Shown here one piece after another: positions 44,268 to 55,591 of a stretch of 64,000 bases of DNA (positions are counted from its first letter, which is position 1; each line of letters opens with the position of its first letter). The translations under genes and the position numbers were made by a program. The stretch comes from an uncultured Ruminococcus sp. (GTDB lineage: Bacteria; Bacillota; Clostridia; Oscillospirales; Acutalibacteraceae): the NCBI GenBank assembly GCA_902773135.1, contig CACYDP010000100.1, positions 49 through 64,048 of the forward strand, in the 5' to 3' direction. The notes beneath the pieces are model-generated. The model made no database searches. It was not told where the DNA came from and saw only the letters and a program-made list of their open reading frames with translations.

Positions 44268-44298
44268 ATATTCAGGGAAACAGCGGAGAGGATTCCCT
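44268..44298 (-). promoter_or_regulatory. Possible sigma-H type promoter of the spoIIA operon.
   Basis: The minus strand reads GGGAATC, then 14 nt, then cctGAATat, compared with the consensus RAGGAWWT-N14-RNNGAATWW. This is a pattern match only. Confidence 0.3.
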
Positions 44299-44317
44299 AT
44301 CATTTCAGAATTGTTTA

Positions 44318-46388
<2,071 letters not shown>

Positions 46389-46400
46389 AAAAGGCGGTGT

Positions 46401-47687
46401 ATGAAAATGATGGAAAAATTAAAAGCTGTAAAGATGTTCAAAACCTATTCCAAAAAATCCATACAACACATTTACCGATTTGCCAAGTGGACACTTGTTT
46501 CGATGGTAACAGGTCTGACGGTAGGGGGATTCAGTACATTATTTGCTTTTATGATGAACAGTGTAACCGATTTTCGTTCCAAGAATGACTTTATTATCCT
46601 GTTTCTGCCGCTGGCAGGAATTGTAACGGTATTTTTGTACAGTATTTTCAAATATAAAAACGATAAAGGAACCAATCTGGTATTGTCAACGGTACACGCA
46701 CAGAGTGAAATACCGTTCAGAATGGCACCTCTTATATTTGTGACTACGATATTGACCCATCTTTTCGGAGGTTCCGCAGGACGTGAAGGTGCTGCTTTGC
46801 AGTTGGGCGGAAGTATCGGCAATCAGTTGGGAAGATGGATGCGTTTTGACGATGCGGATAAAAGAGTAGTGGTATTATGTGGTATGAGTGCGGCATTTGC
46901 AGCTTTATTCGGTACACCGATGGCAGCTGCGGTATTTTCAATGGAAGTGGTGAGTGTAGGCATTATGTACTATGCGGCACTGGTTCCGTGTGCATTTTCC
47001 TCCTTGATCGCCTCCTATTTTGCATCGAATTTCGGAATACACGGCGATGATTTCAGCGGTATTGTGTTTCCGGAACTGACACCGCTTACGACTGTGGAAA
47101 TGATAGCTCTTTCTATTTTGTGTGCCGTGATCAGCATTGTGTTTGTTATAATGCTTCACTCAACAGGGGATTTGTTCCGAAAATATCTGAAAAACCCATA
47201 TATCAGAATTTTTTTAGCAGGCTGTGTCATTGTTGTGCTGACGCTGCTTTTTCAGACAAGGGACTATAACGGTGCCGGTATTGCCGTTATTGAAAGGGCG
47301 ATCAATGGTGAAGCCGTTCCGTATGCCTTTCTTGTGAAAATGATCTTTACGGCAATTACCATCGAAGCCGGTTTCCGAGGCGGAGAAATTGTTCCATCGT
47401 TTTTTATAGGTGCAACATTCGGCTGTACTTACGGAGCATTTATCGGGTTTTCACCGTCAGTATGTGCCGCTGTGGGATTGATTGCGTTGTTCTGCGGCGT
47501 TACCAACTGTCCCATCACGTCAATGCTGATCAGCTTTGAACTTTTCGGGGCAGGAGGAATCCATTACTTTCTGATTGCCGTAGCCGTAAGTTATTTTATG
47601 TCCGGATATTACGGTCTTTATAAGGACCAGACGATTGTATATTCCAAATACAAAACAAAGTTTATCAACAGAAAAACACATCAGTAG
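46401..47687 (+). CDS. ClC-family voltage-gated chloride channel / H+-Cl- antiporter.
   Basis: It shows GGSAGREGAALQLGGSIG and GGEIVPSFFIGATFG, with about 10 TM helices. Confidence 0.85.
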   Translation: MKMMEKLKAVKMFKTYSKKSIQHIYRFAKWTLVSMVTGLTVGGFSTLFAFMMNSVTDFRSKNDFIILFLPLAGIVTVFLYSIFKYKNDKGTNLVLSTVHAQSEIPFRMAPLIFVTTILTHLFGGSAGREGAALQLGGSIGNQLGRWMRFDDADKRVVVLCGMSAAFAALFGTPMAAAVFSMEVVSVGIMYYAALVPCAFSSLIASYFASNFGIHGDDFSGIVFPELTPLTTVEMIALSILCAVISIVFVIMLHSTGDLFRKYLKNPYIRIFLAGCVIVVLTLLFQTRDYNGAGIAVIERAINGEAVPYAFLVKMIFTAITIEAGFRGGEIVPSFFIGATFGCTYGAFIGFSPSVCAAVGLIALFCGVTNCPITSMLISFELFGAGGIHYFLIAVAVSYFMSGYYGLYKDQTIVYSKYKTKFINRKTHQ

Positions 47688-47689
47688 TG

Positions 47690-47880
47690 TCACAACCACC
47701 AACCGCATACAAGAATTGCCGACAGTCACATTCTGCATAGGTCGTTAACAAACGAATACCTTGTATCTGTCGGGTATGATGACATACTTGACAGATACAA
47801 GGTACTGCACTCAAACTACCCTCACGCCGTGTACCGAACAGTACGCACGGTGGTGAGAGGTCGGCTGGGTAGCCTCCTAC
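47690..47880 (+). mobile_element. 5'-truncated, ORF-less remnant of a bacterial class C (IIC) group II intron: part of domain III, a domain IV stem, domain V and domain VI.
   Basis: A domain V fold lies at 47825-47852. Its lower helix is CGCCGTGT/GCACGGTG, with a CGC catalytic triad, an AC bulge (47843-47844) and a short upper helix with a GAAC-type loop. The next sequence is GTGAGAGG...CCTCCTAC, ending in CTAC like an intron 3' end. A 13-bp stem (47759-47771 with 47790-47802) sits where domain IV would be. No GUGYG 5' end, domain I or RT ORF is present. Confidence 0.5.
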
Positions 47881-47901
47881 TCAATTGAACTGCCTACATA
47901 G

Positions 47902-47938
47902 AAAAAGAGTTGTTCTTTTATTAGAACAGCTCTTTTTT
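47902..47938. terminator. Bidirectional terminator between the ClC gene (and intron remnant) and luxS.
   Basis: Stem AGAGTTGTTCT / AGAACAGCTCT, flanked by A5 and T6. Confidence 0.75.
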
Positions 47939-48017
47939 GCAGTGTGTCGATAACTATTTACAACTTCAATCATCAATGTGTTTTTTTATAAACGTGACCG
48001 TTGCATAATCGGCATTT

Positions 48018-48542
48018 TCACGAATCATAGAAATGTTGTCCGGCATCTGTTACAAGCCGCTCCGTTCTCGGATATTCAAAGATTTCAGACTTTCCGGAGT
48101 TTGCTTCGAGGTAATCCGTAAATGCTGCTGCGTACCATTTTGCCATCGCAAGATTGTGCATAAGGTAATGTCCGCAGTTTTCCGGTGTGGCACCGGGAAC
48201 GTCCTCTGCATCGTTTACCGATTGGAAAGCTCTTACTATCAGTTCGTAAATTTCCTGAGGAGAGCGGTTACCTTTTAAAATGAGATAAAATCCGGTCAGA
48301 CAACCCATTGGACCCCAGTAAATCACTTCGTCTTTCCAGTCGGGATCATTCCGAAGAAAAGTGGCGATGATGTGTTCGAGCGAGTGCATTGCCGCTACAT
48401 CAATGACCGGCTCTCTGTTCGGCTTTTTTAGTCTTATATCATAGGTAGTAGCGATACCGCTGCCGACTTGATCCACACGGCTGATAAAAATGCCGGGAAC
48501 AATCGCTGTATGATCTACGGAAAAACTTTGTATTAATTCCAT
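48018..48542 (-). CDS. luxS: S-ribosylhomocysteine lyase.
   Basis: It shows FSVDHT, the metal site HSLEHIIATFLR and GPMGCLTGFY. Confidence 0.9.
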   Translation of the reverse strand: MELIQSFSVDHTAIVPGIFISRVDQVGSGIATTYDIRLKKPNREPVIDVAAMHSLEHIIATFLRNDPDWKDEVIYWGPMGCLTGFYLILKGNRSPQEIYELIVRAFQSVNDAEDVPGATPENCGHYLMHNLAMAKWYAAAFTDYLEANSGKSEIFEYPRTERLVTDAGQHFYDS

Positions 48543-48782
48543 ATTTATTTAGCTCCTTATCATCATGATCATCTCAAATGATGGTGATTGGTTTCAATTT
48601 GTTACAATATAACACAAAAATGCCGAAATGTCAACACAGAATGAATGTGATAATAAAGATAACTCAGCATCATTTTTTGTATTTGGGGTGAAAAGCAACA
48701 ATTGGTGTCAAATATGGATTTTGAACATACTATATGAAAGTAAAAACTTTTGCAAGTATCATCACGGAAGAGGAGAATGGTT

Positions 48783-49040
48783 ATGATCAATGGTGAACTG
48801 ATGGGTCTTGATATGCTGAATGTAGGGGAAAGCGGTTATGTTGATACGCTTCCGCTGACTGCCGAAAAACGCAGACGTCTGATGGCATTGGGTCTGATCA
48901 AAGGCACAAAAATCACAGTGGTCAATCAAAGTCCTCTCGGTGATCCAAAAGCCTATTTTTTCAGAGGAAGTGTGATCGCTCTGAGAAAATCTGATGCCTG
49001 TACCATTAAAATCAGCCGAAAACCTCAAAATCAATATTGA
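48783..49040 (+). CDS. feoA: Ferrous iron transport protein A.
   Basis: A small SH3-like protein (GESGYVDTL...RRRLMALGLIKGTKITV) located immediately upstream of feoB. Confidence 0.8.
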   Translation: MINGELMGLDMLNVGESGYVDTLPLTAEKRRRLMALGLIKGTKITVVNQSPLGDPKAYFFRGSVIALRKSDACTIKISRKPQNQY

Positions 49041-51097
49041 ACGGTGGGATTGAATTGGAAATCGAAAATGCCAAAAAATCTTTTCACATTTTGCTTGCAG
49101 GAAATCCGAATGTCGGAAAAAGCACGGTTTTTAATGCTCTGACAGGAATGAAACAGCATACGGGCAACTGGAGCGGAAAAACAGTGGTTACCGCAAAGGG
49201 TTTTTTCAGATATGAACAGTGCGAATTTACCTTAACCGATTTGCCGGGTACATATTCGCTTGAGTCGGGTTCTGCTGATGAATTTGCCGCTAATGATGCC
49301 ATTATGAATCAACAGTACGATGCAGTGATCATTGTGGCAGATGCTTCTTGTCTTGAAAGAAATCTGAATTTTGTATTGACAGTGCTGGAGCTTACTTCAA
49401 AAGCTGTTATTTGTCTGAATCTGATCGATGAAGCACAAAAAAAGGGAATAGAAATTGATATTGATGAACTTTCACTTCAAACCGGTGTGCCGGTGGTACC
49501 GACAGCCGCACGTTCGGGAAAAGGGCTGGACGAATTAAAAAAAACCATATTTTCCGTAGTAAACGGACAACAAAAAACATATTTTATCAAAACGCCTCAT
49601 CATCACGATATAGAAACAGCGGTATCTATGATTGAAACATCATTGGGGATCAATGACAGCCGCAAAAGAAGGAAAATCTCTCTCGAACTGCTGGAGCAGG
49701 ACACAAGAGAAACGGTTCTGAAAAAATATCAGATCGAATCATCAGAAGCATTAACACGAGCTTTTGAAAAATGTGATAAATTTTTAAAGTGCCAAAATAT
49801 TTCCGATACAATTGCAGAAGATAAAGTGAAAAGATGTGAACGAATCTATCGGTTATGTGTTAAAAGCCAACAGACCTATCGTGACCGTGACAGAAAAATT
49901 GATTGGCTGTTTACCTCAAAAGCCACGGGAATTCCCATAATGATTCTGCTGCTTGCGTTGATTTTTTATATCACAATAATAGGGGCGAATGCTCCATCGG
50001 AATGGCTGTCACGATTATTTGCTTCTTTCGGGAATATCCTTTATGATGCGGCGGACCGTTTGGCTGTTCCGGATTTTGTCCGGGGAATTTTGATTGACGG
50101 AATGTACGGCACACTTTCTGATGTCGCTGCCGTAATGCTGCCGCCTATGGCGATCTTTTTTCCGCTGTTCGGCTTTCTGGAAGACTTTGGCTACCTTCCG
50201 AGGATCGTTTTTAATCTTGACAGATGTTTTCAGAAAGTCGGTACCAACGGCAAACAATCGTTGACAATGATGATGAGTTTTGGCTGTAATGCCTGTGGAG
50301 TAACGGGGTGCAGAATCTTTTCGTCCGAAAGAGAGAAAAATATTGCGGCTGCGGTCAACAACTTTGTGCCGTGCAACGGACGTTTTCCGACACTTATCAC
50401 GATTGCATCATTATTGATGGCAGGAAGTATGCCTTTGGCATTAAAGCCGGTCTTATGTACGGCGATTGTTGCCTTAGCCGTCCTGCTCAGTCTTGCTGTA
50501 TCGATGGCGGTCACGAAAATATTGTCTGGGCTGTTGATGAAAGACCAATGCGGAGAATTTATCTTTGAACTTCCTCCATATCGGCGTCCGCAAATTTTTA
50601 AAATATTGATACGTTCACTTTGTGACAGAACCATTTTTGTTTTCGGAAGAGCCGTTACGGTAGCAGCACCCGCGGGAATGATCATATGGCTGCTTGCCAA
50701 TATCAGTATAGGAGATAAAACGCTGATAATGAATATCACCAACTTTTTGGATCCGTTTGCACGGCTGATGGGTCTTGACGGAGTGATACTGACAGCTTTT
50801 ATACTGGGATTTCCTGCTAATGAAATTGTTCTGCCAATCGCTTTGATGATCTATACTGGGGGAACTGATAATAACCTGACTCAATTTCACGATATATTGG
50901 CTGCAAACGGCTGGACGGCAACGACTGCTATATGTATGATAATTTTCACATTAATGCATTTTCCGTGTGCCACTACCTGTATGACGGTGTTCAAAGAAAC
51001 AAAGAGTTTCAGATGGACGCTGCTGTCATTGATGATTCCAACATTGTGCGGCATTTTGTGCTGTATTGCCGTGAATGCTATTGCCCATTTATTTTGA
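49037..51097 (+). CDS. feoB: Ferrous iron transporter B.
   Basis: It has an N-terminal G domain (LAGNPNVGKSTVFNALTG, DLPGTYS) and a polytopic C-terminus. The start is uncertain: TTG at 49037 overlapping the feoA stop, or TTG at 49055. Confidence 0.9.
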   Translation: MNGGIELEIENAKKSFHILLAGNPNVGKSTVFNALTGMKQHTGNWSGKTVVTAKGFFRYEQCEFTLTDLPGTYSLESGSADEFAANDAIMNQQYDAVIIVADASCLERNLNFVLTVLELTSKAVICLNLIDEAQKKGIEIDIDELSLQTGVPVVPTAARSGKGLDELKKTIFSVVNGQQKTYFIKTPHHHDIETAVSMIETSLGINDSRKRRKISLELLEQDTRETVLKKYQIESSEALTRAFEKCDKFLKCQNISDTIAEDKVKRCERIYRLCVKSQQTYRDRDRKIDWLFTSKATGIPIMILLLALIFYITIIGANAPSEWLSRLFASFGNILYDAADRLAVPDFVRGILIDGMYGTLSDVAAVMLPPMAIFFPLFGFLEDFGYLPRIVFNLDRCFQKVGTNGKQSLTMMMSFGCNACGVTGCRIFSSEREKNIAAAVNNFVPCNGRFPTLITIASLLMAGSMPLALKPVLCTAIVALAVLLSLAVSMAVTKILSGLLMKDQCGEFIFELPPYRRPQIFKILIRSLCDRTIFVFGRAVTVAAPAGMIIWLLANISIGDKTLIMNITNFLDPFARLMGLDGVILTAFILGFPANEIVLPIALMIYTGGTDNNLTQFHDILAANGWTATTAICMIIFTLMHFPCATTCMTVFKETKSFRWTLLSLMIPTLCGILCCIAVNAIAHLF

Positions 51098-51141
51098 AAA
51101 AAACATCGTATGACGAAAGAATCCGGTCATACGATGTTTTT
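51096..51141. terminator. Bidirectional terminator between feoB and the rubrerythrin gene.
   Basis: Stem CATCGTATGAC / GTCATACGATG, flanked by an A run and T5. Confidence 0.75.
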
Positions 51142-51177
51142 GTCATTTACATCATATATTTTGAAATCTGTTGTTGC

Positions 51178-51723
51178 TTATTCGCCGAAATATCTCTTGA
51201 GCAGTCCTGCGAAACCTGCACCGTGACGAGCTTCATCTTTCGCCATTTCGTGAACAGTATCGTGGATTGCATCCAGATTCTGAGCCTTTGCTTTCTTTGC
51301 CAGTTCAAATTTGCCGGCACAAGCACCTGTTTCGGCATCAACACGTATTTCAAGATTTTTCTTAGTGCTGTCTGTGAGCACTTCACCGAGCAGTTCGGCA
51401 AATTTTGCTGCGTGTTCGGCTTCTTCAAAAGCATATTTGGTAAATGCAGCCGAAATTTCAGGATAGCCCTCACGGTCTGCCTGTCTTGCCATTGCAAGAT
51501 ACATACCTACCTCGCTGCACTCTCCGTTAAAGTTAGCAACCAGTTCGTCGTAGATTTCTTTGTCAACACCCTTTGCAACACCTACCTCGTGAACAGTTGC
51601 ATAGGAAGCATCAGCCTTTGATTCATTAAATTTTGATTTGGGAGCTTTGCATACAGGACATACTTCCGGAGCCTCTTCACCCTCGTAAACATAGCCACAT
51701 ACTGAACAGACAAATTTTTTCAT
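51178..51723 (-). CDS. rbr: Reverse rubrerythrin (N-terminal rubredoxin-like domain plus a ferritin-like diiron domain).
   Basis: The N-terminus is [10 protein letters not shown]...CPVCKAPK. It is followed by ExxH diiron motifs ([21 protein letters not shown]). Confidence 0.85.
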   Translation of the reverse strand: MKKFVCSVCGYVYEGEEAPEVCPVCKAPKSKFNESKADASYATVHEVGVAKGVDKEIYDELVANFNGECSEVGMYLAMARQADREGYPEISAAFTKYAFEEAEHAAKFAELLGEVLTDSTKKNLEIRVDAETGACAGKFELAKKAKAQNLDAIHDTVHEMAKDEARHGAGFAGLLKRYFGE

Positions 51724-51806
51724 TTTGGTATCCTCCGTTTTTTAGAATTTTTGATGGTACAATGTACCTGTATATCTATCAGTATCAACACGATACAGAT
51801 ATTCTC

Positions 51807-52214
51807 TTACCGGGGGTTCTTGCAGTTTCCGCAAATCCCGTAAAACATAATGCTGTGGCTTTCCACATCTGCATTACATTCATTTTCTATAAAGGTATAG
51901 ATATTTTTATCAACAAATTTTTTCCCACCGGGAACATCAATGATTTTATGGCATTTTTTACATACAAAATGAGAATGCTGTGACATATCTGTATCAAAAC
52001 GTTCCTGACCGCCGAATATACCGATTGATTTTGCCAGTCCCATTTCACGCAGGACGGCAATATTGCGGTATACCGTACCAAGACTCAGATCGGGGATAGA
52101 GGGTTTCAGCTGCTGATAGACCCATTCGGCAGTGGGGTGTGTTCTGGTCGAAGAAAGTGTCTGATAGATCGCTTCACGTTTTGCACTGAAATTATGTTTC
52201 ATTTGATTTTTCAT
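51807..52214 (-). CDS. perR: Fur-family transcriptional regulator, PerR-like.
   Basis: It has a winged helix (TVYRNIAVLREMGL), HSHFVCKKC and CGNC. Its position upstream of the rubrerythrin gene is as in clostridial perR-rbr loci. Confidence 0.7.
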   Translation of the reverse strand: MKNQMKHNFSAKREAIYQTLSSTRTHPTAEWVYQQLKPSIPDLSLGTVYRNIAVLREMGLAKSIGIFGGQERFDTDMSQHSHFVCKKCHKIIDVPGGKKFVDKNIYTFIENECNADVESHSIMFYGICGNCKNPR

Positions 52215-52369
52215 CTCCTGACAACACCCGGCAAAACATTTTAGCCGAGCGGCTGAATGAAAATACTTCAGTTCTGTTTATCATCAAATATAACATATTT
52301 TTATTTGTTTGTAAAGATTTTTATTAAATAAAATAATAAAATTAATAACCAATATCAAGTTTAAGCTAT

Positions 52370-53113
52370 TTAACTTTCTGTATCAATATATCGGGAGCTG
52401 ACATATCCTCTTTTTCCCTCAAAATACGTCAGATACCAATCGCCGTCCTGTCCGAGTATCGGTATGGTGCTTCCTCTGGGTATTTTGCCGATAATGTTTC
52501 CGTTGACAGAGGCTTCATCACGAAGGTTGAGTGCACTTCTTTGCGTTGCCACAATACCTGTTTTGGCGGCAGATGGATTCCGATCCTGAATGCCTAAAAA
52601 ATCGGCAGTGGAAACCGAAAGATTTTTTGCAATTTCTCCTATATTTTCCCGTATCCATTCTGCGTCCTGAGGATTATCGTGATAGGCGATTTCTATCAGA
52701 ATAGCAGGAGCTTTTGTCTGCATAATTTCGACAAGTGAAGTAGTGGGAACAGTTTTTACCTTTTCGGGATCGGGATAGATTTCTTTCAGGTTGTTGGCAA
52801 AAATATTGGCTGCCCGTTCTCCCTGTGAAGAGGACGGATAATAATAAACCTGTGACCCTCTTATTTTTCCTGCTGTATCCGGAGGTGCGGCATTGGAATG
52901 AAGGGCAAGATGCAGGTCGTAATTTCCACTGTTGGACATTCTGATGGAATTTCCCACTGTTTTGGACGGGTCATTGCGTGTATATTCGATGCCGCTTGCT
53001 TCCAGATAAGGTATCAGAGCGTCGGCAATCAGATTCATATAATACTCTTCATTGCCGCCGTTGACATACGGGTTATACTCCTGGGTTGACGGACTGAGAA
53101 AAATTCTCGGCAT
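52370..53113 (-). CDS. N-acetylmuramoyl-L-alanine amidase (Amidase_3-like) with a C-terminal SH3b domain.
   Basis: It shows MPRIFLSPSTQEYNPY, LALHSNA and LIEIAYHDNPQDAEWI, with an SH3-like C-terminus (GDWYLTYFEGKRGYV). Confidence 0.7.
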   Translation of the reverse strand: MPRIFLSPSTQEYNPYVNGGNEEYYMNLIADALIPYLEASGIEYTRNDPSKTVGNSIRMSNSGNYDLHLALHSNAAPPDTAGKIRGSQVYYYPSSSQGERAANIFANNLKEIYPDPEKVKTVPTTSLVEIMQTKAPAILIEIAYHDNPQDAEWIRENIGEIAKNLSVSTADFLGIQDRNPSAAKTGIVATQRSALNLRDEASVNGNIIGKIPRGSTIPILGQDGDWYLTYFEGKRGYVSSRYIDTES

Positions 53114-53141
53114 AAAATCCCTCCGATGATAATTTAAGGCA

Positions 53142-54035
53142 TCAGCCTATACCTAATGTATTCACGAAGAAGTCTTTTGATGATAGGTGATTCGGACGCA
53201 AAAAACGATGAAGTGAATACAGCTGATCGGAGTGATATATAATGTTGATTTTTTCTTCACAGTCAAACACTGCCCGATAACCCAGACTTTTGACAATATC
53301 AAGAGTGGTTTCACTTTTTGCTCCGAAAGGATAGACAAAGGCGGTCGGTTTTTTGCCGAGATGCTCCTTCATTTTCTTGCTGAACAGATTCAGGTCAGCT
53401 TTTAATAATGTTTCATAGGCTTTTTCACTTTCTCCCGATATGGCAGCTGCCCCTTTTCTTTCTCCGATTTTGTGGAGATTATAAGTATGGTTTTGTATTT
53501 CAAAAACACCCGAGTCCTGCATTTCTTTTAATTCCGCCCAACTGCATTGTGTATAAAAAGGACTTTTTCTTCTTTCGCCTTGATTTTCGGCAATCTCTTC
53601 ATTGTCGGCAGTGATGCCAATGGGAGAGATCACCGCTTTGAATCCATATTTTTTTAACAGGGGATAGGCATAGAGGTAATTATTGTAATATCCGTCGTCA
53701 AAAGTGAGCATTATTGGGTTTTCTGGAAGTGGTTCACCTTTTTCAAAATATTGAATGACTTCTTCTGTCAGAACGGTATGAAAACCGTTTTGTCGAAGAT
53801 ATTTTAAATCCTCCTCAAAATACTGCACATCTATCATATAGTCATTTTCACGATCCGGTTTGTCGAGCAGTCCATGATACATAATAATCGGGAGCGTAAG
53901 GGGTTCTGCCTCTGCCTGAGATGTTACCGATGACACTGCCCGGATACTTGAAAATACTGACAATGCCAAAGCAATAATCAGAATCACGGTAATCATATTT
54001 TTACTGATTTTGATGTTGATAAACATCTGATTCAC
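53142..54035 (-). CDS. Polysaccharide deacetylase (NodB homology) family protein.
   Basis: It has a signal/TM segment, IMYHGL, the MLTFDDGY motif and a downstream His motif. Confidence 0.8.
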   Translation of the reverse strand: MNQMFINIKISKNMITVILIIALALSVFSSIRAVSSVTSQAEAEPLTLPIIMYHGLLDKPDRENDYMIDVQYFEEDLKYLRQNGFHTVLTEEVIQYFEKGEPLPENPIMLTFDDGYYNNYLYAYPLLKKYGFKAVISPIGITADNEEIAENQGERRKSPFYTQCSWAELKEMQDSGVFEIQNHTYNLHKIGERKGAAAISGESEKAYETLLKADLNLFSKKMKEHLGKKPTAFVYPFGAKSETTLDIVKSLGYRAVFDCEEKINIIYHSDQLYSLHRFLRPNHLSSKDFFVNTLGIG

Positions 54036-54152
54036 CTCCGTATCATCATAAAAGGCAAAAATTACAAATTGCTATTGCTAAAATGAAAAACTTATAGTAT
54101 AATAGTACATATCGGATAATTTTATTATTCTTTAAATAAATAAAGGAGAGCG

Positions 54153-55445
54153 TTGCTTTGGCATTCGCATTTTAATATGAACAATAATAAATTAGTCAAT
54201 TTTTTTGTGGGAACTCCTGCCTATAACGAAGATAAAGATTATGCCGACTATGCGGCATTTTCTGCACCTCTGAATATGTTTTTTCTGATATGTCTGCTGC
54301 TGCACGCATTCTATCTGGTGGTATTTTCTTTTTTCAATATCAGTATGTTTCAGCTTTTTGATGCGGTGGGGGTTATTCTTTATGCCACCTTTGTCATACT
54401 GCTGAAATATTTCAAAGGTTCGTGGCTGCCCTGTACTTTGCTGACGGTATTTGAACTGTTCCTGCATCAGATATGCAGCATTGCCTTGTTCGGATTGTCG
54501 TCCGGATTTCAGTATCTGATGATACCGCTGATTTTTATGACGGTGTTTATACGAAAAAAAGGAAAATTAATCAAATTTCTCAGGAACTTCATTATTATTG
54601 CTGCTTCTTTTGCATTTATATTTATGGTCATATATTTTAATGATTATAAGCCGCATCATTTTTTCCCTGATATTGTCAATACACTTTTGCTGATTGTCAA
54701 CTGTTCTATGAGTTTTTTAATCACAGCAATATATACCAGCCGTGTATTCTATTCCGTAGACGAGAAAAGAAGTATGCTTGATGAAAGTGTTACCGAAAAA
54801 GACAATGCCATTGAAAAAATGCAGAATGAAATTATCATAGGCTTTGCGAATATTATTGAAGCACGTGACGGCAGCACCGGAAAACACGTAAAACGTACCA
54901 GTGAGTATGTGGAAGTACTGGTCAAAGAACTCAAACGCAGCGGTGACTATGCCGATATATTGACGGAACAATATATGCACGACACGATACTTTCCGCACC
55001 TCTTCACGACATCGGAAAAATCACCATTCCCGATGCGATTCTCTGCAAGCCCGGCAGGCTGACGAAAGAGGAATTTGAAACGATTAAAAATCATACGGTC
55101 AACGGCAAAAAAATCATTGAGGAATCTATGGCGGATATTGAGGACAGCGACTTCCTGAAAGTTGCCAAATCCGTTGCTTTGTACCATCACGAATGTTGGG
55201 ACGGTTCGGGTTATCCGTACGGAATAGAGGGCGAAGAGATCCCGCTGTGTGCAAGAATTATGACGATCGCCGATTATTTTGATGCACTGGTTGCCAAAAG
55301 AGCTTATAAAGATTCCGTGCCGACCTCTGTTGTATTTGACAGTATTCAGGAACAAAGAGGCAAAAAATTCGACCCCATCGTTACCGATGCGTTTCTGAAC
55401 ATACGTGATCAAATTGATGAGATCGCTAAAGCAAATGCCGATTAA
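54153..55445 (+). CDS. Membrane-bound HD-GYP domain protein (putative c-di-GMP phosphodiesterase).
   Basis: It has an N-terminal multi-TM region. The HD-GYP core shows GKHVKRTSEY, LHDIGKITIPD and HHECWDGSGYPYG. The start is uncertain: TTG at 54153 or ATG at 54177. Confidence 0.85.
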   Translation: MLWHSHFNMNNNKLVNFFVGTPAYNEDKDYADYAAFSAPLNMFFLICLLLHAFYLVVFSFFNISMFQLFDAVGVILYATFVILLKYFKGSWLPCTLLTVFELFLHQICSIALFGLSSGFQYLMIPLIFMTVFIRKKGKLIKFLRNFIIIAASFAFIFMVIYFNDYKPHHFFPDIVNTLLLIVNCSMSFLITAIYTSRVFYSVDEKRSMLDESVTEKDNAIEKMQNEIIIGFANIIEARDGSTGKHVKRTSEYVEVLVKELKRSGDYADILTEQYMHDTILSAPLHDIGKITIPDAILCKPGRLTKEEFETIKNHTVNGKKIIEESMADIEDSDFLKVAKSVALYHHECWDGSGYPYGIEGEEIPLCARIMTIADYFDALVAKRAYKDSVPTSVVFDSIQEQRGKKFDPIVTDAFLNIRDQIDEIAKANAD

Positions 55446-55467
55446 TATTCTGTTGATCCGGCTGTTC

Positions 55468-55506
55468 AACTCCTACGCTGATAAAATCGGCGTGGGAGTT
55501 TTTTTC
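55468..55506 (+). terminator. Rho-independent terminator after the HD-GYP gene.
   Basis: Stem AACTCCTACGC / GCGTGGGAGTT followed by T7. Confidence 0.75.
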
Positions 55507-55591
55507 GGGACTTTGAGCCTGTTGCTTAATTCGTCAAGATATGTTAATATAATATCAATTCGGAAATTCTGTCAGTCAGCAGGTGTATGTT

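Noticed and set aside
48640-48670. A Fur-box-like AT-rich stretch (tgataataaagataactca) upstream of feoA, and AT-rich near-palindromes upstream of perR (52215-52369).
   Set aside because: The matches to the 19-bp Fur or PerR consensus are partial and lie in generally AT-rich DNA. They are not distinguishable from background without a species-specific motif.
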